A stretch of DNA of 64,000 nucleotides from Candidatus Aminicenantes bacterium (GCA_014727835.1 WJMT01000129.1:73618-137617), one strand, 5' to 3'; shown: positions 28,270 through 38,105, counted from the stretch's first letter. Made by a program: numbers and translations. The notes: generated by a model from the letters alone, not told the origin.

Positions 28270-28812
28270 TTAATCTTCCATCTGGCTAAAATACACGATT
28301 TCAGGCATTGTTTCCGGATCTTGACCAAAATAGAACAGCCACTTGTTGTAGGTTTCTTGTTTGATGTATATTTTTTTTGATTTTTTGTCGGATGAACTCA
28401 CCACACCAATGATTTGGGGTTGATCCAGAGATTCAATATCACTCTTAGAAGCCACAATAACTTTTTGAAAAGAGGTTCCCTGTCGGGAAGTTGACTGCGG
28501 ATGGAGAAGGATGACATTCCATTCTCCTGAAAGACTCATGGGATCTGTGTACAATCTGCGGATACATTTTTCTTGGAGAAGCTCTTCTAGGCGTTGAGGA
28601 AAAGTGCCCGGATATTTGTTTTGGAATATTCTTATGGCTTCCACATATTGTTTACCCCTGAAAATGAGTTCTTTCTCTTGTTCTCTCTGGATTTGAGTCT
28701 GCCACACCGGAACCGCAACCATGAGACCTATGCTCAAAACCGCCACAGCAAACAAGAGGATCAGCATCATTGCACCGGATTCGTGGCTGGATTTATGAAT
28801 GTTTATGGGCAT
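28270..28812 (-). CDS. Hypothetical membrane protein, pseudopilin-like context
   Basis: 180 aa with a single N-terminal TM helix. Immediately downstream of two GspG-like genes. No GFTLIE prepilin motif. Confidence 0.4.
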   Translation of the reverse strand: MPINIHKSSHESGAMMLILLFAVAVLSIGLMVAVPVWQTQIQREQEKELIFRGKQYVEAIRIFQNKYPGTFPQRLEELLQEKCIRRLYTDPMSLSGEWNVILLHPQSTSRQGTSFQKVIVASKSDIESLDQPQIIGVVSSSDKKSKKIYIKQETYNKWLFYFGQDPETMPEIVYFSQMED

Positions 28813-28827
28813 ATTGAACGAAAAAAC

Positions 28828-29277
28828 TCACCAAGTGTTGTAAGGGGTTCCATCCAGACTGATGTCTTCAGAGCCAGAGCGAACGTCACTGATTCCAGGA
28901 ACTTGACCGCTCAAAAGTTCTTCATCGGTCAGGGTTTCCTCCACTTCAATCCATGTTTGATTGGATTGTGTTATGGGGTCTTTGGGGATCTTTAACAAAT
29001 ACTCTTCATCTATCAGTGTTTTTAATGATGGGGGATATTCCCCTTTATCCAGGCAGTATTGATTGAGCAGTTTTCTCATGATGAATAAATTTTCTTTCAG
29101 AGTCGCCTCTCTCGCTCTCTTGGCTGCATATTTGTATTGTGGAATTCCCATAGCCACCAAAATCCCTATCAGGGTGAACACGATCATGATTTCAATCAGA
29201 GTAAATCCTGCTTCTGTGCCTTGTCTGAGTGAGGGACTGATGATCCTGTTTTTACCAGTCTTTGTATTTTGTTTCAT
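28828..29277 (-). CDS. Type II secretion/type IV pilin-like pseudopilin (GspG family)
   Basis: Prepilin cleavage/methylation motif GFTLIEIMIV followed by a hydrophobic helix. Start is uncertain; the ORF track extends to 29352. Confidence 0.65.
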   Translation of the reverse strand: MKQNTKTGKNRIISPSLRQGTEAGFTLIEIMIVFTLIGILVAMGIPQYKYAAKRAREATLKENLFIMRKLLNQYCLDKGEYPPSLKTLIDEEYLLKIPKDPITQSNQTWIEVEETLTDEELLSGQVPGISDVRSGSEDISLDGTPYNTW

Positions 29278-29734
29278 TGATGGCTGTTTCCTCGCTTTTT
29301 GAGTAGACATCATAGACATTTTCTCCCCCCCATGTATCTGAGTCAAACTCATCCTGATAGGAACGCAGGCCCCATTCTCCGGTTGGACTCATGGGATCTT
29401 TAGGAATGCGTCTTAGAAACTTTCTTATTTTGACAGATTCTTCCTCATCCTCATCTGATTTGATTTCAACGCCCATCACCAAAGTCTCCAAGTCCGGAGG
29501 GTAACCAAAGGTGTCTTCTTCGAAATCAATTTTTTTATCGTCAGCCAATCTTTTGTATTCGTCGATGGCCTCTCGGATCATGCGGAGATTTCTCTGAAGA
29601 TGGATTTCTTTTTGTCGCTTTATAGAGATTTTTGCTAAAGGTATGGCGCCGGCAGCAAGAATGGAAATGATGGTCAAGGTGACCAGCATTTCAATCAGAG
29701 TGAAACCTTTGATTTCTTTGGCATAAAGTTTCAT
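29252..29734 (-). CDS. Type II secretion system pseudopilin G-like protein
   Basis: Classic N-terminus MKLYAKEIKGFTLIEMLVTLTIISILAAGAIP. 160 aa. Confidence 0.75.
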   Translation of the reverse strand: MKLYAKEIKGFTLIEMLVTLTIISILAAGAIPLAKISIKRQKEIHLQRNLRMIREAIDEYKRLADDKKIDFEEDTFGYPPDLETLVMGVEIKSDEDEEESVKIRKFLRRIPKDPMSPTGEWGLRSYQDEFDSDTWGGENVYDVYSKSEETAINETKYKDW

Positions 29735-29758
29735 CTCTTTAAACCAGATTGCAAATGG

Positions 29759-31924
29759 TTAGAACCAGTCTTTTTTTCTTTTATCCTTTTGATACCGGGA
29801 ATTTTTGTTATTTGTGTTTTTCTTATTTTTATAGGAATCTTTTTTGTCCTCAATAGCTTTTTTGCTCAAACGGACTCTATTTTTATCGTCAATAGCTGTG
29901 ACTTTCACTTTGATTTTCTGTCCCATTTTAAGAACATCTCTTATGTTTTTTATATGCCGGTGAGAGATTTCAGAGATATGAAGCAATCCGTCTGCATTGG
30001 GAAGGATCTGGACAAAGGCTCCATAGTCTTCAATCCTCACCACTTTCCCTTCATAGATTTTTCCGACCTCAGGTTCTTCTGTGATGTCATTGATCATTCT
30101 TTCAGCTTTATGTACAGCTTCCATATCAGGCGAAGCAATGGTGATTTTTCCGTCCTCTTCAATATCGATTTTGGCTTTAGTCTCGGAAATGATTTTCTTT
30201 ATGGTCTTTCCCGAGGGACCAATGACTTCTCCTACTTTAGAAGGATTGACAAAAAGATTGATGATGCGCGGAGCATAAGGGGAAATGTCGGGCCGGGATG
30301 TGGATAAGGCCTCATTCATTTTGGACAGGACTTTAAGTCTGGCTTGTCTTGCTTTTTCAAAAGCTTGTTTGAGAACTTCGAGGGAGAGAGAGGGTATTTT
30401 TAGGTCCATTTGAACGGCTGTGATTCCTTTGTCTGTACCTGCCACTTTGAGGTCCATATCTCCGAAATGATCTTCAAATCCAGCAATGTCTGACAGAAGG
30501 ATGTGTTCCTCATCTTGAGATATGAGACCAATGGCGATACCTGCTACAGTCATGGATAATGGAACCCCGGCATCCATCAAAGCGAGAACACCGCCGCAGA
30601 CTGTGGCCATGGAAGAAGAGCCATTTGATTCCAAAATATCTGAGACCAGTCTTATGGTGTATGGAAACTCTCCATCGTCTTTGGGGACAGAGCGAAGCAT
30701 GGCTTTTTCTGCGAGAGCTCCGTGGCCGATTTCTCTTCGTCCCGGACCTCTTAAAAAGGCCACTTCTCCCACACTGAAGGGGGGAAAGTTGTAGTGGACC
30801 ATGAATTTTTTTTCGCTCTCCTCACCCAAACCGTCAATGGTCTGGGTGTCTTCAAAAGTCCCTAGGGTCACTGTACACAAGCTTTGTGTTTCGCCTCTTG
30901 TGAAAAGGGCAGAACCATGGGTCCGGGGAAGCATTCCTGTCTCAATGGAGATCGGTCTTATTTCATCAAACTGTCTTCCGTCTGGTCTGATTTTTTCTTT
31001 GATGATCATAGAGCGGACAAGTTCTTTGAGGATTCGGTCATAGATTTCTTTGGTTTCATTGATTTCATTTTCATTGTCTTCAGGAATCTCATCCAGCAGA
31101 GAATCTTTAACCTGATTGAGTCCTGTTTTCATCTCGGGTTGATTCTTTGCTTTTATGGCCTCTCTTAAGGGGCTTGAGATTTTTTGCTTTATGGAATCGT
31201 ATTTGGCTTGGTCAATGGATTTGGGGGTGACTTCTTGTTTTTTTATATTCAATTGTTGGAAAAGTTCTTTCTGAGCATTGATGATTTTTTTTATGGGTTC
31301 TTGAGCTAATTGACAAGCTTGGATGATGACCTCTTCGCTTGCCTGGTCAGCACCTGCTTCAATCACCACGATCCCGTCTTCATTGCCCACCACGACCATA
31401 TCCAGGGGGCATTCATCGATTTCGCTTTTGGGAGGATTGATGGCCAATTGTCCGTTGACCAGTCCTACCTTGACTGCTCCGAGTGGGGATGAATAAGGGA
31501 TGGGTGAAAAATAAAGCGCTACAGATGCTCCGATGATTCCCAGTGTGTCAGCTTCGTTTTCAATGTCTGCAGACAGCAGTCTGGCAATGACCTGAGTTTC
31601 ATTGAAATAGTTATCCGGAAACAGAGGGCGTATGGGCCTGTCTATAAGCCTGCTCATCAATATTTCTCTGTCAGTAGGGCGTCCTTCCCTTTTGAAAAAA
31701 CCTCCAGGAATTTTTCCTGCGGCATAGGTGTTTTCTCTGTAATCAACAATAAGAGGGAGAAAGGATTTGGTATCTCCCTTTTCTCTCTTGGCGCATGCAG
31801 AAACAAAAAGCACCGTATCTCCGTAGCGAAGCACTGCGGATCCATCGGCCTGCCTGGCAAGCTTATTGATTTCAATATTGAGTTCACGGTTTCCGATTTG
31901 TAGATTGATTTTATGATGTGACAT
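29759..31924 (-). CDS. pnp: Polyribonucleotide nucleotidyltransferase (PNPase)
   Basis: 721 aa. Two RNase PH domains, then KH and S1 domains, and a Lys-rich C-terminal tail. Downstream of rpsO as usual. Confidence 0.95.
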   Translation of the reverse strand: MSHHKINLQIGNRELNIEINKLARQADGSAVLRYGDTVLFVSACAKREKGDTKSFLPLIVDYRENTYAAGKIPGGFFKREGRPTDREILMSRLIDRPIRPLFPDNYFNETQVIARLLSADIENEADTLGIIGASVALYFSPIPYSSPLGAVKVGLVNGQLAINPPKSEIDECPLDMVVVGNEDGIVVIEAGADQASEEVIIQACQLAQEPIKKIINAQKELFQQLNIKKQEVTPKSIDQAKYDSIKQKISSPLREAIKAKNQPEMKTGLNQVKDSLLDEIPEDNENEINETKEIYDRILKELVRSMIIKEKIRPDGRQFDEIRPISIETGMLPRTHGSALFTRGETQSLCTVTLGTFEDTQTIDGLGEESEKKFMVHYNFPPFSVGEVAFLRGPGRREIGHGALAEKAMLRSVPKDDGEFPYTIRLVSDILESNGSSSMATVCGGVLALMDAGVPLSMTVAGIAIGLISQDEEHILLSDIAGFEDHFGDMDLKVAGTDKGITAVQMDLKIPSLSLEVLKQAFEKARQARLKVLSKMNEALSTSRPDISPYAPRIINLFVNPSKVGEVIGPSGKTIKKIISETKAKIDIEEDGKITIASPDMEAVHKAERMINDITEEPEVGKIYEGKVVRIEDYGAFVQILPNADGLLHISEISHRHIKNIRDVLKMGQKIKVKVTAIDDKNRVRLSKKAIEDKKDSYKNKKNTNNKNSRYQKDKRKKDWF

Positions 31925-31944
31925 GATTGTCCTTTGTGAAACTG

Positions 31945-32211
31945 CTATTTTCTTAAATTCAGTTTTTTGATGATTTTGTTGTAACGGTTGATATCTTTGT
32001 TTTTAAGATAATTCAGAAGGTCTTTTCGCTGTCCAACCAGCTTGAGAAGACCTTGTTTGGAGTGAAAATCTTTCTTATGTGTTGAAAAATGCTGGGTGAG
32101 AGAATTGATGCGATGAGTGATCAATGCGATTTGGATTTCTGGTGAACCGGTGTCTTTGGAATTTATTTTAAAGTCTTTGATGATTTTGTTTTTTTCTTCT
32201 TTGTCCAACAC
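31945..32211 (-). CDS. rpsO: 30S ribosomal protein S15
   Basis: 88 aa. [23 protein letters not shown]...[16 protein letters not shown] aligns throughout with E. coli S15. Confidence 0.9.
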   Translation of the reverse strand: MLDKEEKNKIIKDFKINSKDTGSPEIQIALITHRINSLTQHFSTHKKDFHSKQGLLKLVGQRKDLLNYLKNKDINRYNKIIKKLNLRK

Positions 32212-32290
32212 GAAAATATTCTCCTTAAAATTAGTTTCTTATACTATCAGAAAACACTACAAATGTAAATTGCACTGAGTTTTGCTGTTT

Positions 32291-32824
32291 TTATTTTTTT
32301 GTGGTTTCTTCTTCTTTTTGGGAGGTCAAGATGTCTTTTCTTTTGAGGAGGTGTTGTGCATATTTGGATGTGAGTCCCCCCATTGTCTCTTCCACATGCT
32401 TCAACTTTGCTTCCACCTCTGATAGGGTCATTTTGTTGACCTTTTTCTTTTTAGGGGGAGGGGCCTCTTTATCCTCTTTTTTTTCTTTCTTGGGTGGCTC
32501 TTTCTTTTCTTCTTTTTTGTCTTCTTTCTTCTCTTCTTTCTTTTCTTCTTTTTTTTCTTTTTCCTTTTCTTTGTCCTTTTCTTTTTTGTCTTCAGCTTTT
32601 TCTTTTTTGTCTTCTTTCTTGTCTTCTTTTTTCTCTGGTTTGGTCTCTTTTTTCTTTTGTTCTTTTGGTTCTTTCTTTTTGTCCTTCTTTGTCTTTGAAG
32701 GCTTTTGTTTTTCAGCTTTTTCTTTTTTCTTTTTCTCTTTGGGTTTCTTCTCTTCTTTTTTAGGTTTTGTCTTTTGAGATTTCTTTTTTTCTTTTTTGTC
32801 TTCTTTCTTCTCTTCTTTTTTCAT
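32291..32824 (-). CDS. Highly charged Lys/Glu-repeat (KEKE-type) protein with a short unique C-terminal segment
   Basis: 177 aa, more than 80% K/E/D over the first 130 residues in imperfect KKE(D/E)KK repeats. Purine-rich coding strand. C-terminal 45 aa are non-repetitive. Confidence 0.5.
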   Translation of the reverse strand: MKKEEKKEDKKEKKKSQKTKPKKEEKKPKEKKKKEKAEKQKPSKTKKDKKKEPKEQKKKETKPEKKEDKKEDKKEKAEDKKEKDKEKEKEKKEEKKEEKKEDKKEEKKEPPKKEKKEDKEAPPPKKKKVNKMTLSEVEAKLKHVEETMGGLTSKYAQHLLKRKDILTSQKEEETTKK

Positions 32825-33004
32825 CTCAGAATCAAGTCCTCCTTGATGTTGGGCATAGAGTCAGTTTGATGCCCTCTCATGTCATTTCTTCCTTGATTAA
32901 GGGAAGATTTATTAAAATTGGTTTTTAAGGATATCAGAAAATCAAACAAAAATAAACACCTTATTCTGGACTATCAAAAGGAAATCTTATATATTTTTTT
33001 TGCT

Positions 33005-34282
33005 ATGTACTTGATTTATTCTTTTTTTCTTTTGGCTGCTCTCTGCTTTTATTTTCCTGTTTATTTAGTGAAATTGAAAATATTGAAAAATGAGCCCCTT
33101 CATTTTTCAGATAGAATAGGAAGCAATCTTCCTCTCAAAAAAAGAGAACAGAAATCAATATGGATCCATGCCGTATCAGTGGGAGAAGTGATGTCTTTAC
33201 AAAATCTTGTCAGGAGAATTAAGGAGACGCATCCGAATTGGACTGTTTATTTTTCGACCTTAACCAACTCAGGATTTGAAGTCGCTCAAAAAAAGCTTAG
33301 CTTTGTTGATGAATTGTTTTTTGTCCCCTTTGACTTTAGAGTGATCGTGAAAAGATTTTTCAAAACTTTCCAGCCCAATTTGTTTGTTCTCACAGAATCT
33401 GAATTTTGGCCCAATCTTATCCGAGAGGCGCAAACTCACACTCAAGGAGTTCTTCTAGTGAACGGAAGGATGTCTTCTCATTCTCATAAAAGATATAAAT
33501 GGGTTAAGATTTTCATGAAAAAGATTTTATTCGGGATTGACCGATTTTTAGTTCAGACTCAAGAAGATGAACAAAGGCTGGAGGAAATCGGAGGCTGTTC
33601 CAGCCGAGTCCAAGTGGTGGGCAATTTGAAAGCTGAAATCAAATTAGCCGAGATGACAAAACAGGACGTCATCTCTTTGAAACAAAATCTCAATATTCCT
33701 CCCAGTTTCAAAGCAGTTGTGGCAGGAAGCACCAGAAACGGAGAAGAGAGAATTCTGCTTTCTGCTTTTGCAAAGGCCATGCGCAAGAGAAATGATATCA
33801 AGTTGATCATTGCTCCACGGCATATTGAGAGAAGCGGAGAAGTGGTGGATTGTTGTGATGAATTGGGCTTGAAAGCTGTGAAAAAAACATGTCTTTCTCC
33901 GGAAGTCCAATGGGAGGTTCTGGTTTTAGATACCATCGGGGAGTTGGCTCTCATCTATGCTGTGGCTGACTGTGTATTTATTGGGGGAAGCCTGGTTCCC
34001 TGGGGAGGACAGAATCTTCTGGAACCTGCCTTTTACAGCAAACCAGTGTTTTTTGGCCCTTATATGGACAATTTTGCTTTTTTCGCTGGGGAATTTCTCA
34101 AGGCCGGAGCAGCTGAAATTGTTCGAAATGAAAAAGACCTCAGAAGGCTTTTTTGTTTCACAGAAGACAAAAAAATGGAAGATATGGGAAAAAAAGCCAA
34201 ACAAACGTTGAATTCACTTCAGGGAGCCACCCAAAAAACTCTCCGTGCTATAGAAGACATGATGTCTGAAAAATTGGAATGA
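33005..34282 (+). CDS. waaA: 3-deoxy-D-manno-octulosonic acid (Kdo) transferase
   Basis: IWIHAVSVGEVMS and PRHIERSGEV blocks align with E. coli WaaA. Start set at MYLIYSFF by that alignment. The ORF track gives 32918. Confidence 0.85.
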   Translation: MYLIYSFFLLAALCFYFPVYLVKLKILKNEPLHFSDRIGSNLPLKKREQKSIWIHAVSVGEVMSLQNLVRRIKETHPNWTVYFSTLTNSGFEVAQKKLSFVDELFFVPFDFRVIVKRFFKTFQPNLFVLTESEFWPNLIREAQTHTQGVLLVNGRMSSHSHKRYKWVKIFMKKILFGIDRFLVQTQEDEQRLEEIGGCSSRVQVVGNLKAEIKLAEMTKQDVISLKQNLNIPPSFKAVVAGSTRNGEERILLSAFAKAMRKRNDIKLIIAPRHIERSGEVVDCCDELGLKAVKKTCLSPEVQWEVLVLDTIGELALIYAVADCVFIGGSLVPWGGQNLLEPAFYSKPVFFGPYMDNFAFFAGEFLKAGAAEIVRNEKDLRRLFCFTEDKKMEDMGKKAKQTLNSLQGATQKTLRAIEDMMSEKLE

Positions 34283-35124
34283 TCAGCCATACAAAGCATA
34301 AATCCAGTTGTCTGCATCTCATTATCTGTTTCATTTTATTTTTTTCTCTTTGCGGAGAAAACAGTTTATACGGCCAGGACCGCACAAAAGAACATCGATT
34401 CAATAAAGAATACATCCAAAATCTGTTTGACGACTCCTTAAACATCTATTCTTCTCCTTATCAGTGGGACAGCGCGGATTATTTGAGACTTTCTGCTGTG
34501 GTGGGGACCGGATTGGTGCTTTTTATTTTTGACGAGGATATCTATGACTGGAGCCAAAAAAATAAAACTGTGTTTTCTGAAGAGGCATCGAATTATGTGA
34601 CTGATTTTGGACACGGAATCTTTTTAGCTGGCCTATCGACTGTGCTGTATACCGCAGGTGAACTTTCAGACAATGACAGACTCAGAAAGACCGGACTCCA
34701 CAGCCTGCAGAGCTGGCTGACCACAGGATTTTTGGTGCTGACCTTTAAATTTTGCACCGGACGATTCCGTCCCGAGGAAGGGGAGGGGGCTTATTCTTTC
34801 AGGCCCCTTCAGTTCAGCAACAAAAATCACTCTTTTCCCTCAGGACATGCAGCATCTGCTTTTGCTGTGGCTGCTGTTGTTTCTGAGTATTCTGACAGCT
34901 TTGTGCTCGATGCTTTCTGTTATGGATTGGCTGCAGGGGTGGCTTTGTCAAGAGTCCATCTCCAAGAACACTGGATGTCCGATGTTTTCATTGGATCTGT
35001 TATTGGTCATTTTATCGGTAAAAAGGTATGTGGTTTGAACTCTCAAAAGCATCAAAACAAGTTTCAGCTCGGCTTGGATTGCAGTGCCCATCATGCTGGT
35101 TTGACTTTATCTTTTTCCTTCTGA
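34279..35124 (+). CDS. PAP2-family lipid phosphatase (possible lipid A/Kdo-lipid phosphatase)
   Basis: PAP2 motifs KxxxxxxRP (FKFCTGRFRP), PSGH (SFPSGHAASAF) and SRxxxxxHxxxD (SRVHLQEHWMSD). Overlaps the waaA stop by 4 nt. Confidence 0.8.
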   Translation: MISHTKHKSSCLHLIICFILFFSLCGENSLYGQDRTKEHRFNKEYIQNLFDDSLNIYSSPYQWDSADYLRLSAVVGTGLVLFIFDEDIYDWSQKNKTVFSEEASNYVTDFGHGIFLAGLSTVLYTAGELSDNDRLRKTGLHSLQSWLTTGFLVLTFKFCTGRFRPEEGEGAYSFRPLQFSNKNHSFPSGHAASAFAVAAVVSEYSDSFVLDAFCYGLAAGVALSRVHLQEHWMSDVFIGSVIGHFIGKKVCGLNSQKHQNKFQLGLDCSAHHAGLTLSFSF

Positions 35125-35130
35125 CCTGGA

Positions 35131-36306
35131 CTATTCCTTCAAAAAAAGTGGATAATCTTTGGCCAGATTCCCGGCATGCAGACTCTTGGCCATGGCTTTG
35201 AAATAAGGCCGCGAATGGCTGAAAAACAATTTGTATCCCTCACAGAGATGGTTCAGCCGGAATGGTTCTCCTGTTTTTATGTCAAGACGATTGGCTGGGC
35301 AGCCTCCGTTGCAAACAGATAAATAATGGCATTTTTGACATTGTTTGGGAAGGGAGTCTTTTTTGTCCTTTCCGAATTTTTTTTGTTTTTCACTGTCGAT
35401 AAGGGATGTCAGGTTTTGTTCTGCTATGTTTCCCAGATGATATTCCTTGAAAACAAAGTGATCGCAGCTGTATAGGTCTCCATTGTGCTCAAGAGCAGCT
35501 GCTCTTCCGCAGGTCTCTGAAAAAACACACAAAGAAGAAAGCAGACCCATGTGTAATCCCAGACAAACATCAAATCTCTGAACAAAGATCCGGCCTATAT
35601 CCGAAGATAACCAGGAGTCAAAGACGGTCTGCAAAAATCTTCCCCACTGCCTTGGGCCCACTGATTCTTTTGTGATGGAACCTTTCTCATCTGTTTCTAC
35701 AATGGGGATGAATTGGAAGAAAGTGGAACCGCTCTGTTTGAGAAACTCATATACTTTTTGGGGTTGATTTCCATTATAACTGTTGACCACAGTGAGCGTA
35801 TTAAACTCGACCTTGTGTTTTTTAAGGATTTCCAGCCCTTTCATAGCCTGTTGAAAGGAACCCTTTCCTTGGGAATCTGTACGAAAACGGTCATGAATGG
35901 CTTCCGGGCCATCCAGGCTGATTCCGATCAGAAAAGATTCGTCGTGGAAAAATTGACCCCAATCGTCATCCAGAAGCGTTCCATTGGTCTGAAAAGAATT
36001 GGCGATGTTCACTCCTTGAGGAGCATATTCTTTTTGAAAAGCCACTGCTTTTTTAAAAAAATCAAGCCCCAGAAGAGAGGGCTCTCCTCCTTGCCAGGCA
36101 AAATGGATCTCCTGGATGCTGTCCGGTTGACAAAGGATATACTGTTTAGTGAACTCCTCAAGGACGGCTAAGGGCATCCGGAATGATTTTTTTTGTGGAT
36201 AGAGGTCTTTTTTATCCAGATAGTAGCAGTACTGACAATTGAGATTGCAGACAGCCCCTATGGGTTTGACAATGACATGAAAGGGGTGGGCTGATTTTTT
36301 GGGCAT
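35131..36306 (-). CDS. Radical SAM/SPASM-domain protein, anaerobic sulfatase-maturating enzyme-like
   Basis: N-terminal HVIVKPIGAVCNLNCQYCYY radical SAM motif. C-terminal SPASM cysteines (CQKCHYLSVCNGGCPANR). 391 aa. Confidence 0.8.
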   Translation of the reverse strand: MPKKSAHPFHVIVKPIGAVCNLNCQYCYYLDKKDLYPQKKSFRMPLAVLEEFTKQYILCQPDSIQEIHFAWQGGEPSLLGLDFFKKAVAFQKEYAPQGVNIANSFQTNGTLLDDDWGQFFHDESFLIGISLDGPEAIHDRFRTDSQGKGSFQQAMKGLEILKKHKVEFNTLTVVNSYNGNQPQKVYEFLKQSGSTFFQFIPIVETDEKGSITKESVGPRQWGRFLQTVFDSWLSSDIGRIFVQRFDVCLGLHMGLLSSLCVFSETCGRAAALEHNGDLYSCDHFVFKEYHLGNIAEQNLTSLIDSEKQKKFGKDKKDSLPKQCQKCHYLSVCNGGCPANRLDIKTGEPFRLNHLCEGYKLFFSHSRPYFKAMAKSLHAGNLAKDYPLFLKE

Positions 36307-36404
36307 ATTGAATCTTCAAAATAACATATTATGATTTTCATTTGAACACAAAAATCATATAATCTGAATGAAGCCGAAGAGTGACGATTATGGAAGGATA
36401 AAAA

Positions 36405-38105
36405 ATGGGTCAAAAAATCAATCGAAGAAAGTTTTTAAAGGATTCTGGTCGGGCAGTCCTTGGTGCAGGATTGGGAGGATATCATCTTGTTTTCAAAGGC
36501 ACGGCCAAAGGAAAGCAATTTGATACAGTGATCAAAGGAGGGCTGATTCGAGATGGCAGAGGAAATCAAGAGTTTTTGGGAGACATCGGTATCAACGGAG
36601 AATGGATCGAACAGATAGGGAAGATATCAGCTTCCAAAGGACGTTCAGTGATCGATGCCCAAGGATTGACCGTGTGCCCTGGATTTATTGATGCTCATGA
36701 CCATTCAGATATCGGACTTTTAGTGAATCCCAACGCAGAAAGCCATATCCGTCAGGGGATCACAACTCTGGTCAGCGGGAACTGCGGCTCCAGTCCATTC
36801 CCTGTCCCTGATGTGCTTTATGAGAAAACCAAAACAGAACTTAAAAATGCTTATGGAATTCAGCTTTCTTGGAGAGATATCCTTGAATTTTTTTCAGAAA
36901 TCCAAAAAAAAGGGACGGCTTTGAATTATTCCACTTTCTTGGGACACGGGAGCCTACGGGGGGCTGTGGTGGGATTCAATGATCGGCCTCCAAAACAAGA
37001 AGAGCTGAGACAAATGCAGTCTCTGGTCAAACAAAATATAAAAGCCGGGGCCCTGGGGCTTTCCACAGGATTGGAATATGCTCCTGGCAGCTATGCCCAA
37101 ACATCAGAATTGGTTTCACTTTGTCAGGCAGTGGGAGAGTGTGGGGGGCTGTATGCCACTCATATGAGAGATGAGGGAGATCAATTGCTGGAAGCCTTGG
37201 ATGAAGCCATCATCATTGCACGGAAAGCGGGGATCCCGCTTCAGATATCCCATTTCAAATGCGCTTATCCGAGAAACTGGGATAAACTGGATCAAGCTAT
37301 AGGTAAGATTGAACAGGCCCAAAAACAGGGAATGGATCTGTACTGTGATCGGTACCCATACACAGCCGGGGCCACAGGATTGAGCAGTTTCAATTTCCCG
37401 TTATGGGCCAAGCAGGGAACCACCGAAGAATTTTTAAACCGTCTGAAAGATCCTGATCTGGAATCCAAGTTCAAACAGCATCTCAAACAAAGAGAGAATA
37501 AAGTGGGATCATGGGACAAAGTCTATATTTCCAGTGTGGCTTCACAGAAAAACTCCTGTTTTGAAGGAAAAAGTGTCTGGGAAGGAATGAAAATGACAGG
37601 AAAAGGCGTGTTTGAGTTCATGAGAGACCTTTTGATTGAAGAAAAGGACCGGGTGGGTATGATTATTTTTATGATGAATGAAGAGAATCTCAAAAAGGTC
37701 CTTTCTCATCCCTTAGTGGGAGTGGGATGTGACAGTTCAGTGCTCGCACCCTATGGGAAATTAGGCAGCGGAAAACCTCATCCCAGAGGATACGGCACAT
37801 TTCCCAGAGTATTGGGTAAATATGTTGGAGAACAAGGGATTGTCCCAATGAATGAAATGATTGAAAAGATGACCCATATCCCGGCAAAAAGATTTGGATT
37901 CAAAAAAAGAGGAAGTCTTGAAAAAGGGCATTATGCGGATTTGGTCCTGTTTGATGAAAAAAGGATAAAGGACAAAGCCACCTATGAGAATCCTCATCAG
38001 TACCCGGAGGGAATTGAATTTGTCCTGGTCAATGGGGATGTGGTCATAAACAGAGGAGACCACACCGGGCATCTTCCTGGAAAAATTTTAAGAAAGGAAC
38101 TGTGA
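36405..38105 (+). CDS. TAT-exported amidohydrolase, N-acyl-D-amino-acid deacylase (D-aminoacylase) family
   Basis: Twin-arginine signal NRRKFLKDSGRAVLGAGLGG. Metal-binding FIDAHDHSD. 566 aa, typical of the D-aminoacylase family. Confidence 0.8.
   Translation: MGQKINRRKFLKDSGRAVLGAGLGGYHLVFKGTAKGKQFDTVIKGGLIRDGRGNQEFLGDIGINGEWIEQIGKISASKGRSVIDAQGLTVCPGFIDAHDHSDIGLLVNPNAESHIRQGITTLVSGNCGSSPFPVPDVLYEKTKTELKNAYGIQLSWRDILEFFSEIQKKGTALNYSTFLGHGSLRGAVVGFNDRPPKQEELRQMQSLVKQNIKAGALGLSTGLEYAPGSYAQTSELVSLCQAVGECGGLYATHMRDEGDQLLEALDEAIIIARKAGIPLQISHFKCAYPRNWDKLDQAIGKIEQAQKQGMDLYCDRYPYTAGATGLSSFNFPLWAKQGTTEEFLNRLKDPDLESKFKQHLKQRENKVGSWDKVYISSVASQKNSCFEGKSVWEGMKMTGKGVFEFMRDLLIEEKDRVGMIIFMMNEENLKKVLSHPLVGVGCDSSVLAPYGKLGSGKPHPRGYGTFPRVLGKYVGEQGIVPMNEMIEKMTHIPAKRFGFKKRGSLEKGHYADLVLFDEKRIKDKATYENPHQYPEGIEFVLVNGDVVINRGDHTGHLPGKILRKEL

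Noticed and set aside
32301-32777. Plus-strand ORFs of 158 aa and 89 aa, rich in Ser/Phe/Leu, across the KE-repeat region
   Set aside because: They are the reverse-complement shadow of the purine-rich Lys/Glu repeat gene. Their low-complexity composition is a repeat artefact. The minus-strand gene sits in the rpsO-pnp orientation with sensible flanks.
35131-36306. Linking the anSME-like maturase to the NPP-like alkaline-phosphatase-superfamily genes at 47699..53132 as their formylglycine-generating partner
   Set aside because: The NPP-like proteins lack the C/S-x-P-x-R sulfatase motif and belong to the Ser/Thr-nucleophile branch. They are also 11 kb away on the opposite strand.
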